A stretch of DNA of 46,117 nucleotides from positions 1-46,117 of IMG/VR virus record IMGVR_UViG_3300009678_000076. One strand, written 5' to 3'. Below are positions 24,990 through 34,583 of the stretch, in pieces. A program made the position numbers and the translations under genes. This DNA is from a virus (taxonomy: Duplodnaviria; Caudoviricetes). Positions within the stretch are counted from its first letter, which is position 1. Each line of letters opens with the position of its first letter. Below the pieces are notes generated by a model. That model searched no databases. It saw nothing but the letters and a program-made list of their open reading frames with translations, and was not told the DNA's origin.

Positions 24990-27689
24990 CTACTTGCCGA
25001 TCTGCATCGATCCCCAACCCGCGCTCGCAGGTGCCGGGCCGAGGCCCTGCAGCTCACGGCGAACGATGTTGCGGGCCACCGTGCGCGCCTCTTCACGCGA
25101 CATGCCGATATTGGCCTTCATGATCTCGTCCGCTTCCCCGTTGATGGCGCGCTCCAACTGGTCCGGCTTCATACCCGCGAAGCGGCTGCCACTGGAAGCC
25201 GCAATCCGCGCGTTGGCTATGCCCAGTTGCGTGGCGTTCGTCGAGTTGGTCGTGTCCGCGTGGAGCTGACGTGTGAGGTAGTTGTCGAAGTTCTTGTCCC
25301 ACGCCTTGAACAGGTCGTTCGCCTCCTCGGTCTTCTTCATGCCGACAGCCTGCGTGAAGCTGAGCACCGTCTTCTTGGCATCGGTCGTGGCCCGGCGCAC
25401 CTTCTCATCGGCTCCAGCGATCTCCTTCGCGTTGGCGCTCTCGCGCTCCTTGCGCGCCTCGCGCAGCGCGAGCATCGCGTCGTCCACCTTGTCGCGCTCG
25501 GCACGCAGCTCCTTCTCACCAGCACGAAGGCCACGCAAGCCGAGGCCGGCACCGGCAGCGATCGGCGCGATCGCACCGCGCCAGCCCTTGCCGCCCGGAG
25601 GCGCCATGAGAATCGCGAGGCCCGCGTTGATGTACGCGTCCTTCTCGTTCTGCCGCTCGCGACCGGGCAGCTCGTCGGTCCGGCTCTGCAGCTTCTTCTC
25701 GCGCTCCTCGCCGAAGATGCCTTCCTTGGCGATGCGCTCGCGTGTCTCCCTCGCTCCGATCTCGGCGTTCGCCTTCTCATCGGCGCCGATGTCTTCGAGC
25801 TGCTTGATGCCCTTCGACTCCAGATCGTCGAGGCTGGGGCCCGCGGCCTTGCGCGCGGCCTTCATCTCATCCATCGTCAGCGGCTTGCCGGCCGTGACCC
25901 GCGGCCCGCCCGTGACGCCACCGATGCCACCGCTGGCGCTCGCCTTGCTCGTGGTGTCGATCGCTGGCAGGTCCGTCGCGCCGTCCTGCGCCGCAGCCGC
26001 GCGTGTCGGGATGCGCGGCGCCTTCTCGTTCTCCATGTCACGGAACAGGTACTTGCCCGCGAGGCCACCGGTCAGCGTGTTGCCGAGATCGGATGCAGCA
26101 CCGAGCGTGCGCACACCCGTGTCGCTCCAGAAGCCGGGCTCGCGCCCTTCGAGCCCGAAACGCTTGTCGTACTGCTCGGTCGGCGTGTTGTACGTATCCA
26201 CGAGCGACAGCGCGCCCACTGCCGGCGCTGCCACCCTGCCGAGCACACGAGCTGCCGTGCCGGGCGGCTTCGCAGCCCTGAACGTCGATTGCACATCGGT
26301 GCCGTACCGGCCCGCCGACTCCGCGAGCTTCGCGAGGTCACGCGCGTCCTGCGCGGCTTTGAGCGCAGCCTTGGTCGCCTTGGTGCCGGTGTAGATGCCG
26401 CCGGCCGTAGTGCCTGCCTCGCCCTCCCGCCACTCCTCGGGCATGAAGTCTTCCTTGCGCGTCGTGCCCCCCTTCTCGTAGCCGATGATGCCGCCGTCCT
26501 CGAACTCGCCCACGCTGTCGGGCGCGATGCGTGCGAGGCCGCGATCGATCGCACTCTTCTTCGGAATCGATCCGCCCTCGGCCTTGGCAAGGCCCGCGAA
26601 GATCGAGCCGAGGCCGGCGAGCGTCTGCATGTTCGACGGCTGTGGCTGCGTCTCGAACGAGGACTTCACCGCACCCTGCGTGCCGCCCAAGATGTCCGAC
26701 ATGAAGCTCAGCCGGCGATACGGGTCCTGCTCCTGCTCCTTGAAGTCCGCGTACTGCTGATCGAGCACCCGCTGTGCCTGCTCCTGCTCAGCACCACCGG
26801 CCGCGAGCTGCGCGCCCGTGGTCTTCAGGTTCTGGCCATAGATGTCGCTGCCGATGCCACCCAGCGTGCTCGCGGCCGTGTTCGCAGCGTTGAGCCCCCG
26901 GATGCCGAGATCGGCGCCGAACTGGCGCGACGCCTCCTGCATCTTCTGACGTTCGAGGTCTTGCTGGTTGAACTGCAAGCCAGCGCCTTGGTTCGCCTTC
27001 TGCGATTCGAGGCCGAGCCCTTGCTCCTGATTGAACTGCGCCTGCGCTGCCTTGAACGCAGCGTCCGAGCCTTGCTGCTGGATGTCGGAGAGACGCTGCC
27101 CCAGATTGCGGCCCGCCTCCGCCTCGACGATCGCTTGACGGCTGCCACCGAACGCACCGGCACCGACCGCGGCCGCGTTGCGCTGCGTGCGCGCGATGTC
27201 ATCCTGCCGCGTGGCTTCGCGCTTGCCGATGTCCACCACGCTCTGCATGTACGGGTTCATGTACTTGTCAGCCGTGCCTGCACCCGTGAACGACTGCGTG
27301 CTCGTCTGCTGCGGACCGCCCGGCAGCGTGTGGCTCATCGTGGCGGGGTCGTACGCGGCCGCGCCCAGCGCCCTGTCGCCGACGGTCTGCGCCATGCCGC
27401 CCGCCGCTGTCGATTGCGCCGACGGCCCGAGGTTCTTGACGCCCTCGAACCCCTGCTCCTGCAGGTCGTTGAACTGCGCGACGCGATCGCCACCGTACGG
27501 CACGTTCGGCTGCGTGATCAAGTCCTGCGCGGTCTGCACGACATCGCGCAGCGGTTGCTCGGTGAACGCGGGCCGGTTGCTGACGTACTGCGTGGCAGGA
27601 GCGCCGCCCGAGCCGTACTTCGGCACGCGCTTCTTGGGCGGCTTGCGTGCCTTCTTGAAGGCGGGCACGAGAGATTGCAGACCGTTCAT
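24990..27689 (-). CDS. Internal virion / DNA ejection (pilot-like) protein
   Basis: YMNPYMQSVVD, AGAFGGSRQAI.EAE, Gln/Ala/Gly-rich helices; position before the giant protein. Confidence 0.7.
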   Translation of the reverse strand: MNGLQSLVPAFKKARKPPKKRVPKYGSGGAPATQYVSNRPAFTEQPLRDVVQTAQDLITQPNVPYGGDRVAQFNDLQEQGFEGVKNLGPSAQSTAAGGMAQTVGDRALGAAAYDPATMSHTLPGGPQQTSTQSFTGAGTADKYMNPYMQSVVDIGKREATRQDDIARTQRNAAAVGAGAFGGSRQAIVEAEAGRNLGQRLSDIQQQGSDAAFKAAQAQFNQEQGLGLESQKANQGAGLQFNQQDLERQKMQEASRQFGADLGIRGLNAANTAASTLGGIGSDIYGQNLKTTGAQLAAGGAEQEQAQRVLDQQYADFKEQEQDPYRRLSFMSDILGGTQGAVKSSFETQPQPSNMQTLAGLGSIFAGLAKAEGGSIPKKSAIDRGLARIAPDSVGEFEDGGIIGYEKGGTTRKEDFMPEEWREGEAGTTAGGIYTGTKATKAALKAAQDARDLAKLAESAGRYGTDVQSTFRAAKPPGTAARVLGRVAAPAVGALSLVDTYNTPTEQYDKRFGLEGREPGFWSDTGVRTLGAASDLGNTLTGGLAGKYLFRDMENEKAPRIPTRAAAAQDGATDLPAIDTTSKASASGGIGGVTGGPRVTAGKPLTMDEMKAARKAAGPSLDDLESKGIKQLEDIGADEKANAEIGARETRERIAKEGIFGEEREKKLQSRTDELPGRERQNEKDAYINAGLAILMAPPGGKGWRGAIAPIAAGAGLGLRGLRAGEKELRAERDKVDDAMLALREARKERESANAKEIAGADEKVRRATTDAKKTVLSFTQAVGMKKTEEANDLFKAWDKNFDNYLTRQLHADTTNSTNATQLGIANARIAASSGSRFAGMKPDQLERAINGEADEIMKANIGMSREEARTVARNIVRRELQGLGPAPASAGWGSMQIGK

Positions 27690-29947
27690 GCCAGCTCCTT
27701 CAGCTTGACGGGACGCATCTGCCGCGTGTGTCCCATCGATTGTTTGCGCACACGATCCATCAGCGCGTACAGCTTCTTGGCGCCCTTCTTCGGATCGCCA
27801 CCACCGATCGCTGCGACCTGCTCTGCATCGAGCACCGCCTCGTCGCGCGCCACACGCGCCGGCTGCTCACCATCGATCATCGCGTGCACGTCGTCGCTCT
27901 GGCCGTGGCCCTTGCCACCGATCGGCATCGCACCATACTTCTTGGCGAGCAACTCCAGACCTGCGCTGGAACTGCCGGCACCGACAGCCGACACCACGTC
28001 GGCCGGGAAGACGAAACCGCCGCTCTGCAGCGGCACGACGCCACCCGCGGCCTTCTTCGGCGGCTTCGGTGCGAACAGGTTGCGGCCACCATAAGAGCCC
28101 ACCGCATCCGCGGGCGGAACGTACTCGCTCTGCTCGCCCGTAGTTCCCTTCGCCGCCTTCGGTTGACCCTGCAACGTGTTGAGCGCGCTCAGTCCCGTCT
28201 GTGCGTACTTCAGGTAGGGCGATGCCGTCTGGTAGGCACTGCTAAGCGTGCTACCGATGCCGCCAGCCGCACTGCCACCACCCATGCCACCAGCGCCGGC
28301 CGTCATGCCCGCTTCGAGCGCCGCCGCTTCTGCAGGACTGCCAGCGACAACGCCTGCACCCAACGACTCAGCCAGCGTGCCGCCAACACCTGCGCCACCG
28401 CCACCGGCAGCACCCGCACCAGCCATCAAGCCCTCGATGCCGCCCGCACCCGCGAGCGCGGTGCCGGCGACACCAGCCGTCGCCATCACCGCCGCCATCT
28501 TGGCGAGATCGCGACCATAGTCCACCCAGTCGCTCGCCTCGTATGAGGTGTTCGCGTTGATCGGCACGGCCGTGCCCGTCTTCGGATCAAGCCTGTAAGT
28601 CGGCGTGACGCGATCGTGGCCGCTGCCCGTGATGTTGCCGAAGCCTTCATCGCCCGGATGCCAGTACTTCAGGTAGACGTTGCCGTCGCCCTTTTCTTGG
28701 TAGACGTTGAAGCTCTGGCCGTACTGATCCTTGTACCGACCGAGACTGGGCTCCATGTAGTTGCTGCCGCCGCTCTCGCCTTGCTCCTGAATCCAGCCGC
28801 CCTCGTAGGGCTTCTCGGATTGCACGAGGCCGCTGATCGGCAAGAGCGCGTTCTTCCAGTCCTTGTCCTTGAGCACCGTGCGCCCGTCCTTGCCCGGCGC
28901 TGTGCGCGACAGCGCCTCCTTGATCTTCTCGGGGTCGTAGTAGCGGCCAGCTTGCTTGTCCTTCTCCATCGCCTTGATCGTCTTGGGATTGACGGCGTAG
29001 GTCTGTGCCACTTCTTCCGCCGTTATGGCCGGCTTGACGGTCTGTGGCGGCGCACCACCGGAGTCATCACCAGCCGGAGGCGGCGTGCCGACACCATCGG
29101 TCGGCGGCTCATCACCCAGATCGAGATCGCCGCCAGCCGGCTTGTCGAGCTTGCCACGACGATGCAGGTAGTCGTACGCCTTCTGCGACGAAGGCAGGTT
29201 GCTGACCGCGCCGCCCTCCGCACCCTTGACGAGCCCCGTCGGCTCGTAGACATACCGGAACCACTCCTTCTCGCTCGACTCGCTGGCACCGGGCTGCTTG
29301 GCACCGCCCATGTACATGCGCTTCAGCCGATACGAGGCCGGCGCGTTCGGGTCCTGCATGATCGAGCTGGCGCTGGCCTTGTCGCTCTTGCCACCACCAT
29401 CGCCACCACTGCCCATCAGCAACGGCACACCGATGCCGAGGCCACCCGCTTGCAGCGCACCGCCCCAGCCACCGAGGCCGGTGGCCTTCTGCGCAGCGAT
29501 GGGATTGCCCGCTGCGTCCTTGCCAGCCGGCACAGCGGCGTTGCCGAGCAACTTCTCCCAGCCTGCCATAGTGCCGAGCGAGCCGATGCCTTGATCGGCC
29601 AGCGCCGCGCCGAGTTGCCCACCGCCGTAGCCCTGCAACCCACCAGTGATGGCACCTTCCATCCGGTTGCCTTTGTTCGTCGCCGCGCCCGTTGCAGCAC
29701 CTGCGGCCGCACCCGCAGCCGAGCTGCCGGTGTAGTAGCTCACGGCACCACCGACGATCGTCGGCAGCAGGCTCTTGAGCCAGCCCGCTTCCACAAGGCC
29801 CGTCTCCGGGTTGACCGGCAGCCGCTGACCGTAGACCGCACGCGCGAGCCGATGCAGGCCCGCGACCTCGCCCTTCGTCATGTGGACGAGTTCGGTGTCG
29901 GGACCGCGGCCCTTCTTCTTTAGCTGTAGTGCGAGTTCGAGACTCAT
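27686..29947 (-). CDS. Internal virion protein
   Basis: GRGPDTELVHM..GEV, L.VNPETGL.EA, FVFPADVVS..G.GSS.AG, G.G.GQSD...A.ID; Gly/Ala-rich hydrophobic stretches. Confidence 0.7.
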   Translation of the reverse strand: MSLELALQLKKKGRGPDTELVHMTKGEVAGLHRLARAVYGQRLPVNPETGLVEAGWLKSLLPTIVGGAVSYYTGSSAAGAAAGAATGAATNKGNRMEGAITGGLQGYGGGQLGAALADQGIGSLGTMAGWEKLLGNAAVPAGKDAAGNPIAAQKATGLGGWGGALQAGGLGIGVPLLMGSGGDGGGKSDKASASSIMQDPNAPASYRLKRMYMGGAKQPGASESSEKEWFRYVYEPTGLVKGAEGGAVSNLPSSQKAYDYLHRRGKLDKPAGGDLDLGDEPPTDGVGTPPPAGDDSGGAPPQTVKPAITAEEVAQTYAVNPKTIKAMEKDKQAGRYYDPEKIKEALSRTAPGKDGRTVLKDKDWKNALLPISGLVQSEKPYEGGWIQEQGESGGSNYMEPSLGRYKDQYGQSFNVYQEKGDGNVYLKYWHPGDEGFGNITGSGHDRVTPTYRLDPKTGTAVPINANTSYEASDWVDYGRDLAKMAAVMATAGVAGTALAGAGGIEGLMAGAGAAGGGGAGVGGTLAESLGAGVVAGSPAEAAALEAGMTAGAGGMGGGSAAGGIGSTLSSAYQTASPYLKYAQTGLSALNTLQGQPKAAKGTTGEQSEYVPPADAVGSYGGRNLFAPKPPKKAAGGVVPLQSGGFVFPADVVSAVGAGSSSAGLELLAKKYGAMPIGGKGHGQSDDVHAMIDGEQPARVARDEAVLDAEQVAAIGGGDPKKGAKKLYALMDRVRKQSMGHTRQMRPVKLKELA

Positions 29948-29956
29948 GGCGACTCC

Positions 29957-30628
29957 CTAAGGCGGCGGATCGAATATCCGCTTCTTGACGCGGAAACCCG
30001 GCGGCGTGACGCTGGCTGTGCTGTCATTCGAGATCATGAAGATGTTCAGCCTACACGAAGCTCCACGCGGCGCAGGCGCAGCCGCGCCCGGAGAGTGAAG
30101 CTCGGTATTCGAGAGCGCGCAGAACGCGAAGATCGTGAGCGTGTCTGTCGGCAGCAAGTCGAGGATGTAGTTGAGCGAGAGCGGCGAGGTGTCGTTGCTC
30201 GGTATCGTGATGTCGATCAGCGTCGTGGGGATGTCCACTCCGTTCTTGGCGATCCATGCACTCACCAGCCGATCACCACCGGAAATATTCCTGAAGTTGA
30301 GCGTGCTCTGGAAGTAGTACGTGCCCGCGAGGTCCGGCGAGAACGTCGATACCGTCGGCTGCGTGAAGCCCTGCTCGTTCGTGAAGTTCCCAAAGCGCAC
30401 GGGCAGCGGTGTGCCCCCGAGAATCGTCTGGTTCACATCGTTGTAGTAGCACCCCAGAGGCGCCTCAAGGAACTGAGTGCCGTTGCGCCCGAGCAGCGCG
30501 CGGAAGACGGCATCGGTCTGCGTGAAGTAGAGGCGCAGCACCAGCAACAACTGACGCCACTGCGACGGGCTGAGCGCCTCCTCCGGGTCAGGCAGCCGCG
30601 GGGATACAGGGACGGGCAGGAAGCTCAC
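29957..30628 (-). CDS. Virion protein with C-terminal C1q/TNF-like beta domain
   Basis: GTG start overlapping upstream stop (GTGA); LRLYFTQ.D helix; AGTYYFQSTLNF, WIAKNG.DIP strands. Confidence 0.6.
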   Translation of the reverse strand: MSFLPVPVSPRLPDPEEALSPSQWRQLLLVLRLYFTQTDAVFRALLGRNGTQFLEAPLGCYYNDVNQTILGGTPLPVRFGNFTNEQGFTQPTVSTFSPDLAGTYYFQSTLNFRNISGGDRLVSAWIAKNGVDIPTTLIDITIPSNDTSPLSLNYILDLLPTDTLTIFAFCALSNTELHSPGAAAPAPRGASCRLNIFMISNDSTASVTPPGFRVKKRIFDPPP

Positions 30629-32559
30629 TTGCGCCCATCCGGCCGACTGTCGATGCGCATGACGCCGAGCTGCCACGCCACGCCGGCACCGTCGGACTCG
30701 ATCTTGAACTGCACCTGCTGACCACGCAGCCGCGGATAAATCTCAGGCGTGAACGTCTCCACCAGATGCCGCTGGCCACCACTGAAATCCTGCCCGCTCG
30801 TCACCGCGTTCGCTTCCACTGGCCTGCTATTCGGCAGGCCGTAGGCCGCGCCCGGTGCAGTGCGCGCGATGAGGCTCAGCGTGACGGCCGGCGCATTGGC
30901 GAGCGAGCCCGTGAACGACACGTCCGGCTGCATGCGCCGGATGAACTGGAAGTGCTGGCCCGAGTCGATGTCCATCGGCGCCGACTCGACATAGGATGGG
31001 AGCGCCACGCCGTTGTCGTCCGTGCCGATCTCGTGATACATGATCAGGTTGGTGTCGCTGGTGGCGATCGGGTAGTTGCGCAGGTTGTTGCCCAGCCACG
31101 CCGTGCGCGACAGCTCACCGACGCTCCACGTCTGCTCCAAGTAGTTGTAGATGACGTAGCGATCGATCTCGGTGGCGCTCGCCGAGCAGTAGAACCACCA
31201 CACCTCGTGGAACGCCGCGTTGTGCCCCGCATGCACGAGGAAGCGCTGGTCGAGGTTGATGTTGCTGAAGACGAAGCGCAGCACCGAGCACGGCAGCGTG
31301 TCGATGCGGCCGTTGTAGATGTAGAACTTGTCGGTCCCCATCCAGTAGGCGATGTTGTCGTTCGCGACTGTCGCGTTCGGCCCCATGATCGTGATCTTGT
31401 CGCCCATGATGTTCGTGCTCCACACGAACGGCGGGCCTTGGTATTGCATCGAGTAGAGCGCGGCATCGGTCCACACCAGCACCTCCTGCCGCGTCTGCAG
31501 CGCGGAGAAGATCACCGAGCCCCGGCTCAACCGGTAGCTGCCGGCCTGATTCGTCGCCGAGGGCGTCCAGTCGGTGTACGACTCCTGATCGGACCAGCGA
31601 ACCAGCATCGGGTCCTGCTCCGTCTCGCCGTAGTCGTTGACACCGAAGGCGAGCACGAAGCGCGACGCGTCCGACACGAGCACGTAGTTGCAGATGATCG
31701 GCGTGTCGCCGCCCGTGAGCAGCACCATGCGATCGACGATGGACGGGCTCGCGTTCGGCGTCCAGAGATAGATGCCGTTGCCTCGCGGGTTGACGATGAG
31801 CCGCTCGCCGAAGTTCGACGCCGACCACAGGCGCGGCTGCTGGCCGACCGTGGCGCCTGCAGTCACGACCGAGCCCCAGCCCGTCAGCGACGGACCCGTG
31901 ACGCCGCTCCAGCCACCAGCGCCCCAGCCTGCACCCGCGATATAGGACACGAGGCCGGTGAGCAGCTCATACGACGCGATCGAAGCCCCGCCGCCGTTGC
32001 CGATGTCGAGCGCGTTCGCTGACACCGAGGCCGTGATCGTGTAGTTGTTGACATCGATGATCGTGTCGATGACGTACTCGATGTTGAGGATCGCCGCCGT
32101 GATGTTGCCGCCGAGGCTCACCGCGCCGCTGAAGATCACGAAGTCGCCAGCGACTGCAGGATGCGCGGCATCCGTCACTGTGATGGTCGGGCTGCCATCG
32201 ACGGCAGCGAACGTGACACCGCCGGCCGCGGTCGCGGACGTGATCGGCGTCACATCGAAGAGCGTGCCGCCGTAGCCGTTCTGGATGTAGTACTTGCTGC
32301 TGGTGCCGATGCCCAGCATGTTGTAGCGGTCGAGCGTGAGCCAGTTGAAGAGGTGCCGCGCAGTGCCCCAGAAGCTGCCCTCGATCGGCTGCACTCCGAC
32401 GGGATTCGGCACAGGCGTGTCAGCCTGCCAGCCACCGATCTTCTCCGGTGTGCCTGCACGGAAGCGCACCTTGTCCGCGTAGACCCACGTTCCCTCGACA
32501 GCCGTGGGCGTGTTCTCGCGGTCGATGCCGGCGCGGAGCTTTACGTCGTTCAGCGGCAT
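30625..32559 (-). CDS. Tail tubular/nozzle (stabilisation) protein
   Basis: 644 aa beta-rich; KVRFRAG.PEKIGGW, VRWSDQE, EVWWFY.S, YVIYNY....W..G.L.RTAW, W.LG..RID.RPDG. Confidence 0.75.
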   Translation of the reverse strand: MPLNDVKLRAGIDRENTPTAVEGTWVYADKVRFRAGTPEKIGGWQADTPVPNPVGVQPIEGSFWGTARHLFNWLTLDRYNMLGIGTSSKYYIQNGYGGTLFDVTPITSATAAGGVTFAAVDGSPTITVTDAAHPAVAGDFVIFSGAVSLGGNITAAILNIEYVIDTIIDVNNYTITASVSANALDIGNGGGASIASYELLTGLVSYIAGAGWGAGGWSGVTGPSLTGWGSVVTAGATVGQQPRLWSASNFGERLIVNPRGNGIYLWTPNASPSIVDRMVLLTGGDTPIICNYVLVSDASRFVLAFGVNDYGETEQDPMLVRWSDQESYTDWTPSATNQAGSYRLSRGSVIFSALQTRQEVLVWTDAALYSMQYQGPPFVWSTNIMGDKITIMGPNATVANDNIAYWMGTDKFYIYNGRIDTLPCSVLRFVFSNINLDQRFLVHAGHNAAFHEVWWFYCSASATEIDRYVIYNYLEQTWSVGELSRTAWLGNNLRNYPIATSDTNLIMYHEIGTDDNGVALPSYVESAPMDIDSGQHFQFIRRMQPDVSFTGSLANAPAVTLSLIARTAPGAAYGLPNSRPVEANAVTSGQDFSGGQRHLVETFTPEIYPRLRGQQVQFKIESDGAGVAWQLGVMRIDSRPDGRK

Positions 32560-32567
32560 GCCGGCTC

Positions 32568-32756
32568 CTACTTCTTCGGATGTTCGAGCGCGAGCAAGCG
32601 CTGTTCGAGCGCTGCGACCCTCGCCGTCAACGCCTCCAACTGAACTGCCACCACGGCGCGCACGCGGTACCCCTCATAGACGTAGCCCGCCATGAACACG
32701 ATCACGCTCGTGAGGAGCGACACCACGATCGTCGGCAGAAGGTGGGGGTACTGCAT
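32568..32756 (-). CDS. Small single-TM membrane protein with coiled coil (possible lysis accessory)
   Basis: Hydrophobic LLPTIVVSLLTSVIVFMAGYV then LEALTARVAALEQRLLALE. Confidence 0.55.
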   Translation of the reverse strand: MQYPHLLPTIVVSLLTSVIVFMAGYVYEGYRVRAVVAVQLEALTARVAALEQRLLALEHPKK

Positions 32757-32765
32757 GTCCCATGC

Positions 32766-33374
32766 TCACACGAACCGATAGATCGACAGGTACGCGCTCG
32801 GCACCACGCCGAGGAACGCGAGCCCTCCGGGCAGCACCTGCGGCGCGAGGTCGCCCGAGTTGTTGCCGTCGCTCGACCGCGCGAACCGAATGCGGTACTT
32901 CTCGCCGATCACGACACGCGCCGGGATCACGTCGTAGAACGTGATGGTGTCGTCTTCGACGTTGAGGTTGATGCTCGACACGTTCGGCAGTGGCGTCCAG
33001 TTGAGCCCGCCGTCGATCGACCGCTCGCCCCAGACCACCACGATCGACACACCGGCTGCACCGATGCGCTGCGCCCGCAGCCGTGTCGTGGCGACGATCG
33101 TCGCGTCCTTGAGGATCGTGATGACACCGTTGGCATCGACGCTGACGATGCCCGTCAGCGAGACGCCCCCGGGCCCGTAGCGCACGGTGCGCGGCACATC
33201 GACGGCTGGGCCACCGACCTGCAGCGCGTTGTCACGGTACTCGGCTTCGATGGCAGTCCGCGCTGCCGGGTAGACGATCGGAATCTGGCCGACGAGTTCG
33301 CCGGTCGTCAGGTCTTGCGTGACGACGGGACGCCCCTCGCTATAGACGGGGCCGGCGAAACTCGTACGCGCCAT
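32766..33374 (-). CDS. Putative head fibre/decoration protein
   Basis: AGGAG RBS; N-terminus MARTSFAGPVYSEG shared with 41669..41920; beta-rich C-terminal domain. Confidence 0.55.
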   Translation of the reverse strand: MARTSFAGPVYSEGRPVVTQDLTTGELVGQIPIVYPAARTAIEAEYRDNALQVGGPAVDVPRTVRYGPGGVSLTGIVSVDANGVITILKDATIVATTRLRAQRIGAAGVSIVVVWGERSIDGGLNWTPLPNVSSINLNVEDDTITFYDVIPARVVIGEKYRIRFARSSDGNNSGDLAPQVLPGGLAFLGVVPSAYLSIYRFV

Positions 33375-33383
33375 GTCGATCTC

Positions 33384-33584
33384 CTACTGGGCGACCGGTG
33401 CCCCGGCGCCGTTGAGTGCGCCGCCACCCTGCAGCGAAGCCGCGAAGACCGGCTCCTGCGGCTGCTTCTGGGCCTGCACCTGCTTCACCAGCTCGTTGAT
33501 GAGCGGCGCCACCTCCGCGTAGGGGCGCTGTGCAAGGGCGTTGAGCACTTGGTCGGTTTGTTGGTCGCTGAGCGTGAAATTCAT
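33384..33584 (-). CDS. Small hypothetical protein (tail-fibre-associated type)
   Basis: ATG 33584 with GGAG RBS; VLNALAQRPYAEVAPLINEL..Q motif. Confidence 0.65.
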   Translation of the reverse strand: MNFTLSDQQTDQVLNALAQRPYAEVAPLINELVKQVQAQKQPQEPVFAASLQGGGALNGAGAPVAQ

Positions 33585-33624
33585 CTTGGTACTCCGTGTT
33601 ATGCGCCTGTTGCGCCCCACAATG

Positions 33625-34020
33625 CTACCTGCGCAGCGCTTTCGTTTTGCCGCGGATCGCGCAGCCATCGATGGAGCCGCCCTTGGCGAAGCGGGACTCA
33701 TGCCGCCGCAGCATCTCCTCCGGCGGTCCCTTGGCGCGCTTCGCCTTCTCCGCGGCCGTCAGCTCGCCCTTGCTGAGCGTGCCCGGCGGCAGTGCCTTGG
33801 GTGCCCGGCGAAGCGCCGCCTCACCCGTTGCCTCATCGATGATCGACTCGATGTAGGCTGTGTTGCCGCTCTTCGCCCGCGGCTTCTCGACCTCGCCGCC
33901 GTCGGCCATACCGACGAACTCCTTGCCGACCTTCTGCTTGACCCCGACCTTCTTGGCGAACTTCGGGTTGTGCGCGACGGCTTGCATGAAGCGCTCTTGC
34001 TTGTCTGACGTTGCGGGCAT
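33625..34020 (-). CDS. Basic late protein with xAxGG motifs and DGCAxxGKT tail
   Basis: MPATSDKQERFMQAVAHNPKFAKKVG start; MADGG and FAKGGSIDGCAIRGKTK. Confidence 0.7.
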   Translation of the reverse strand: MPATSDKQERFMQAVAHNPKFAKKVGVKQKVGKEFVGMADGGEVEKPRAKSGNTAYIESIIDEATGEAALRRAPKALPPGTLSKGELTAAEKAKRAKGPPEEMLRRHESRFAKGGSIDGCAIRGKTKALRR

Positions 34021-34022
34021 AA

Positions 34023-34217
34023 CTACCTCGACCGAAGGAGTGGCAGGTGATACCCACCGAAGAAGATGCCGATGAACATCAGCAACAAGATGAGGACGAT
34101 GACCACGTAAGCGACCTTGTTGAAGGGCGCCGGCAGCGGCACGAGCGTGGTGAAGACCCACCAGAGCACGCCGGCAACGAGTACCAAGATCAGGAAGGTG
34201 ATGAGCTGGTCGATCAT
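34023..34217 (-). CDS. Small two-TM membrane protein (holin candidate)
   Basis: Two hydrophobic helices separated by VPLPAPFNK; AAGGAG RBS. Confidence 0.6.
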   Translation of the reverse strand: MIDQLITFLILVLVAGVLWWVFTTLVPLPAPFNKVAYVVIVLILLLMFIGIFFGGYHLPLLRSR

Positions 34218-34228
34218 GACGATCTCCT

Positions 34229-34582
34229 TCAGAAGCCCGGAGGCGGGAGGGGTGCCGGCTCGATAACCGACGGCATCGACGGTGGAACCACAGGCGGCAC
34301 CGGAAGCGGCACCGTCGTCGGCGAGTCCGGTGCAGGTCCGGGCACCAGCGGCGGAAGCGTGCCCGGCGGATTCGTCACCTCGGCTTCGAGCGTAGCGATG
34401 AACGCCGGCCCGAGCGCATCTTTAGCTGCCAGAACCGCCGCCGCTTCATCCACGAATGGAGGGAGCGACGCGATGTTGACGATGCCGCTGAGCCGCCGCC
34501 CGTTGTGCTCCACACTCCAGTACGCACTGGTGACGTTACCCGTGGCGGGGTCTGTCGAGAGTGCATTCGCGTTGTAGTTCAT
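34229..34582 (-). CDS. Tail-fibre-associated protein with Pro-rich tail
   Basis: Follows tail fibre; VTSAYW, K.ALG...I..LE pattern; Pro-rich C-terminus. Confidence 0.55.
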   Translation of the reverse strand: MNYNANALSTDPATGNVTSAYWSVEHNGRRLSGIVNIASLPPFVDEAAAVLAAKDALGPAFIATLEAEVTNPPGTLPPLVPGPAPDSPTTVPLPVPPVVPPSMPSVIEPAPLPPPGF

Positions 34583-34583
34583 A

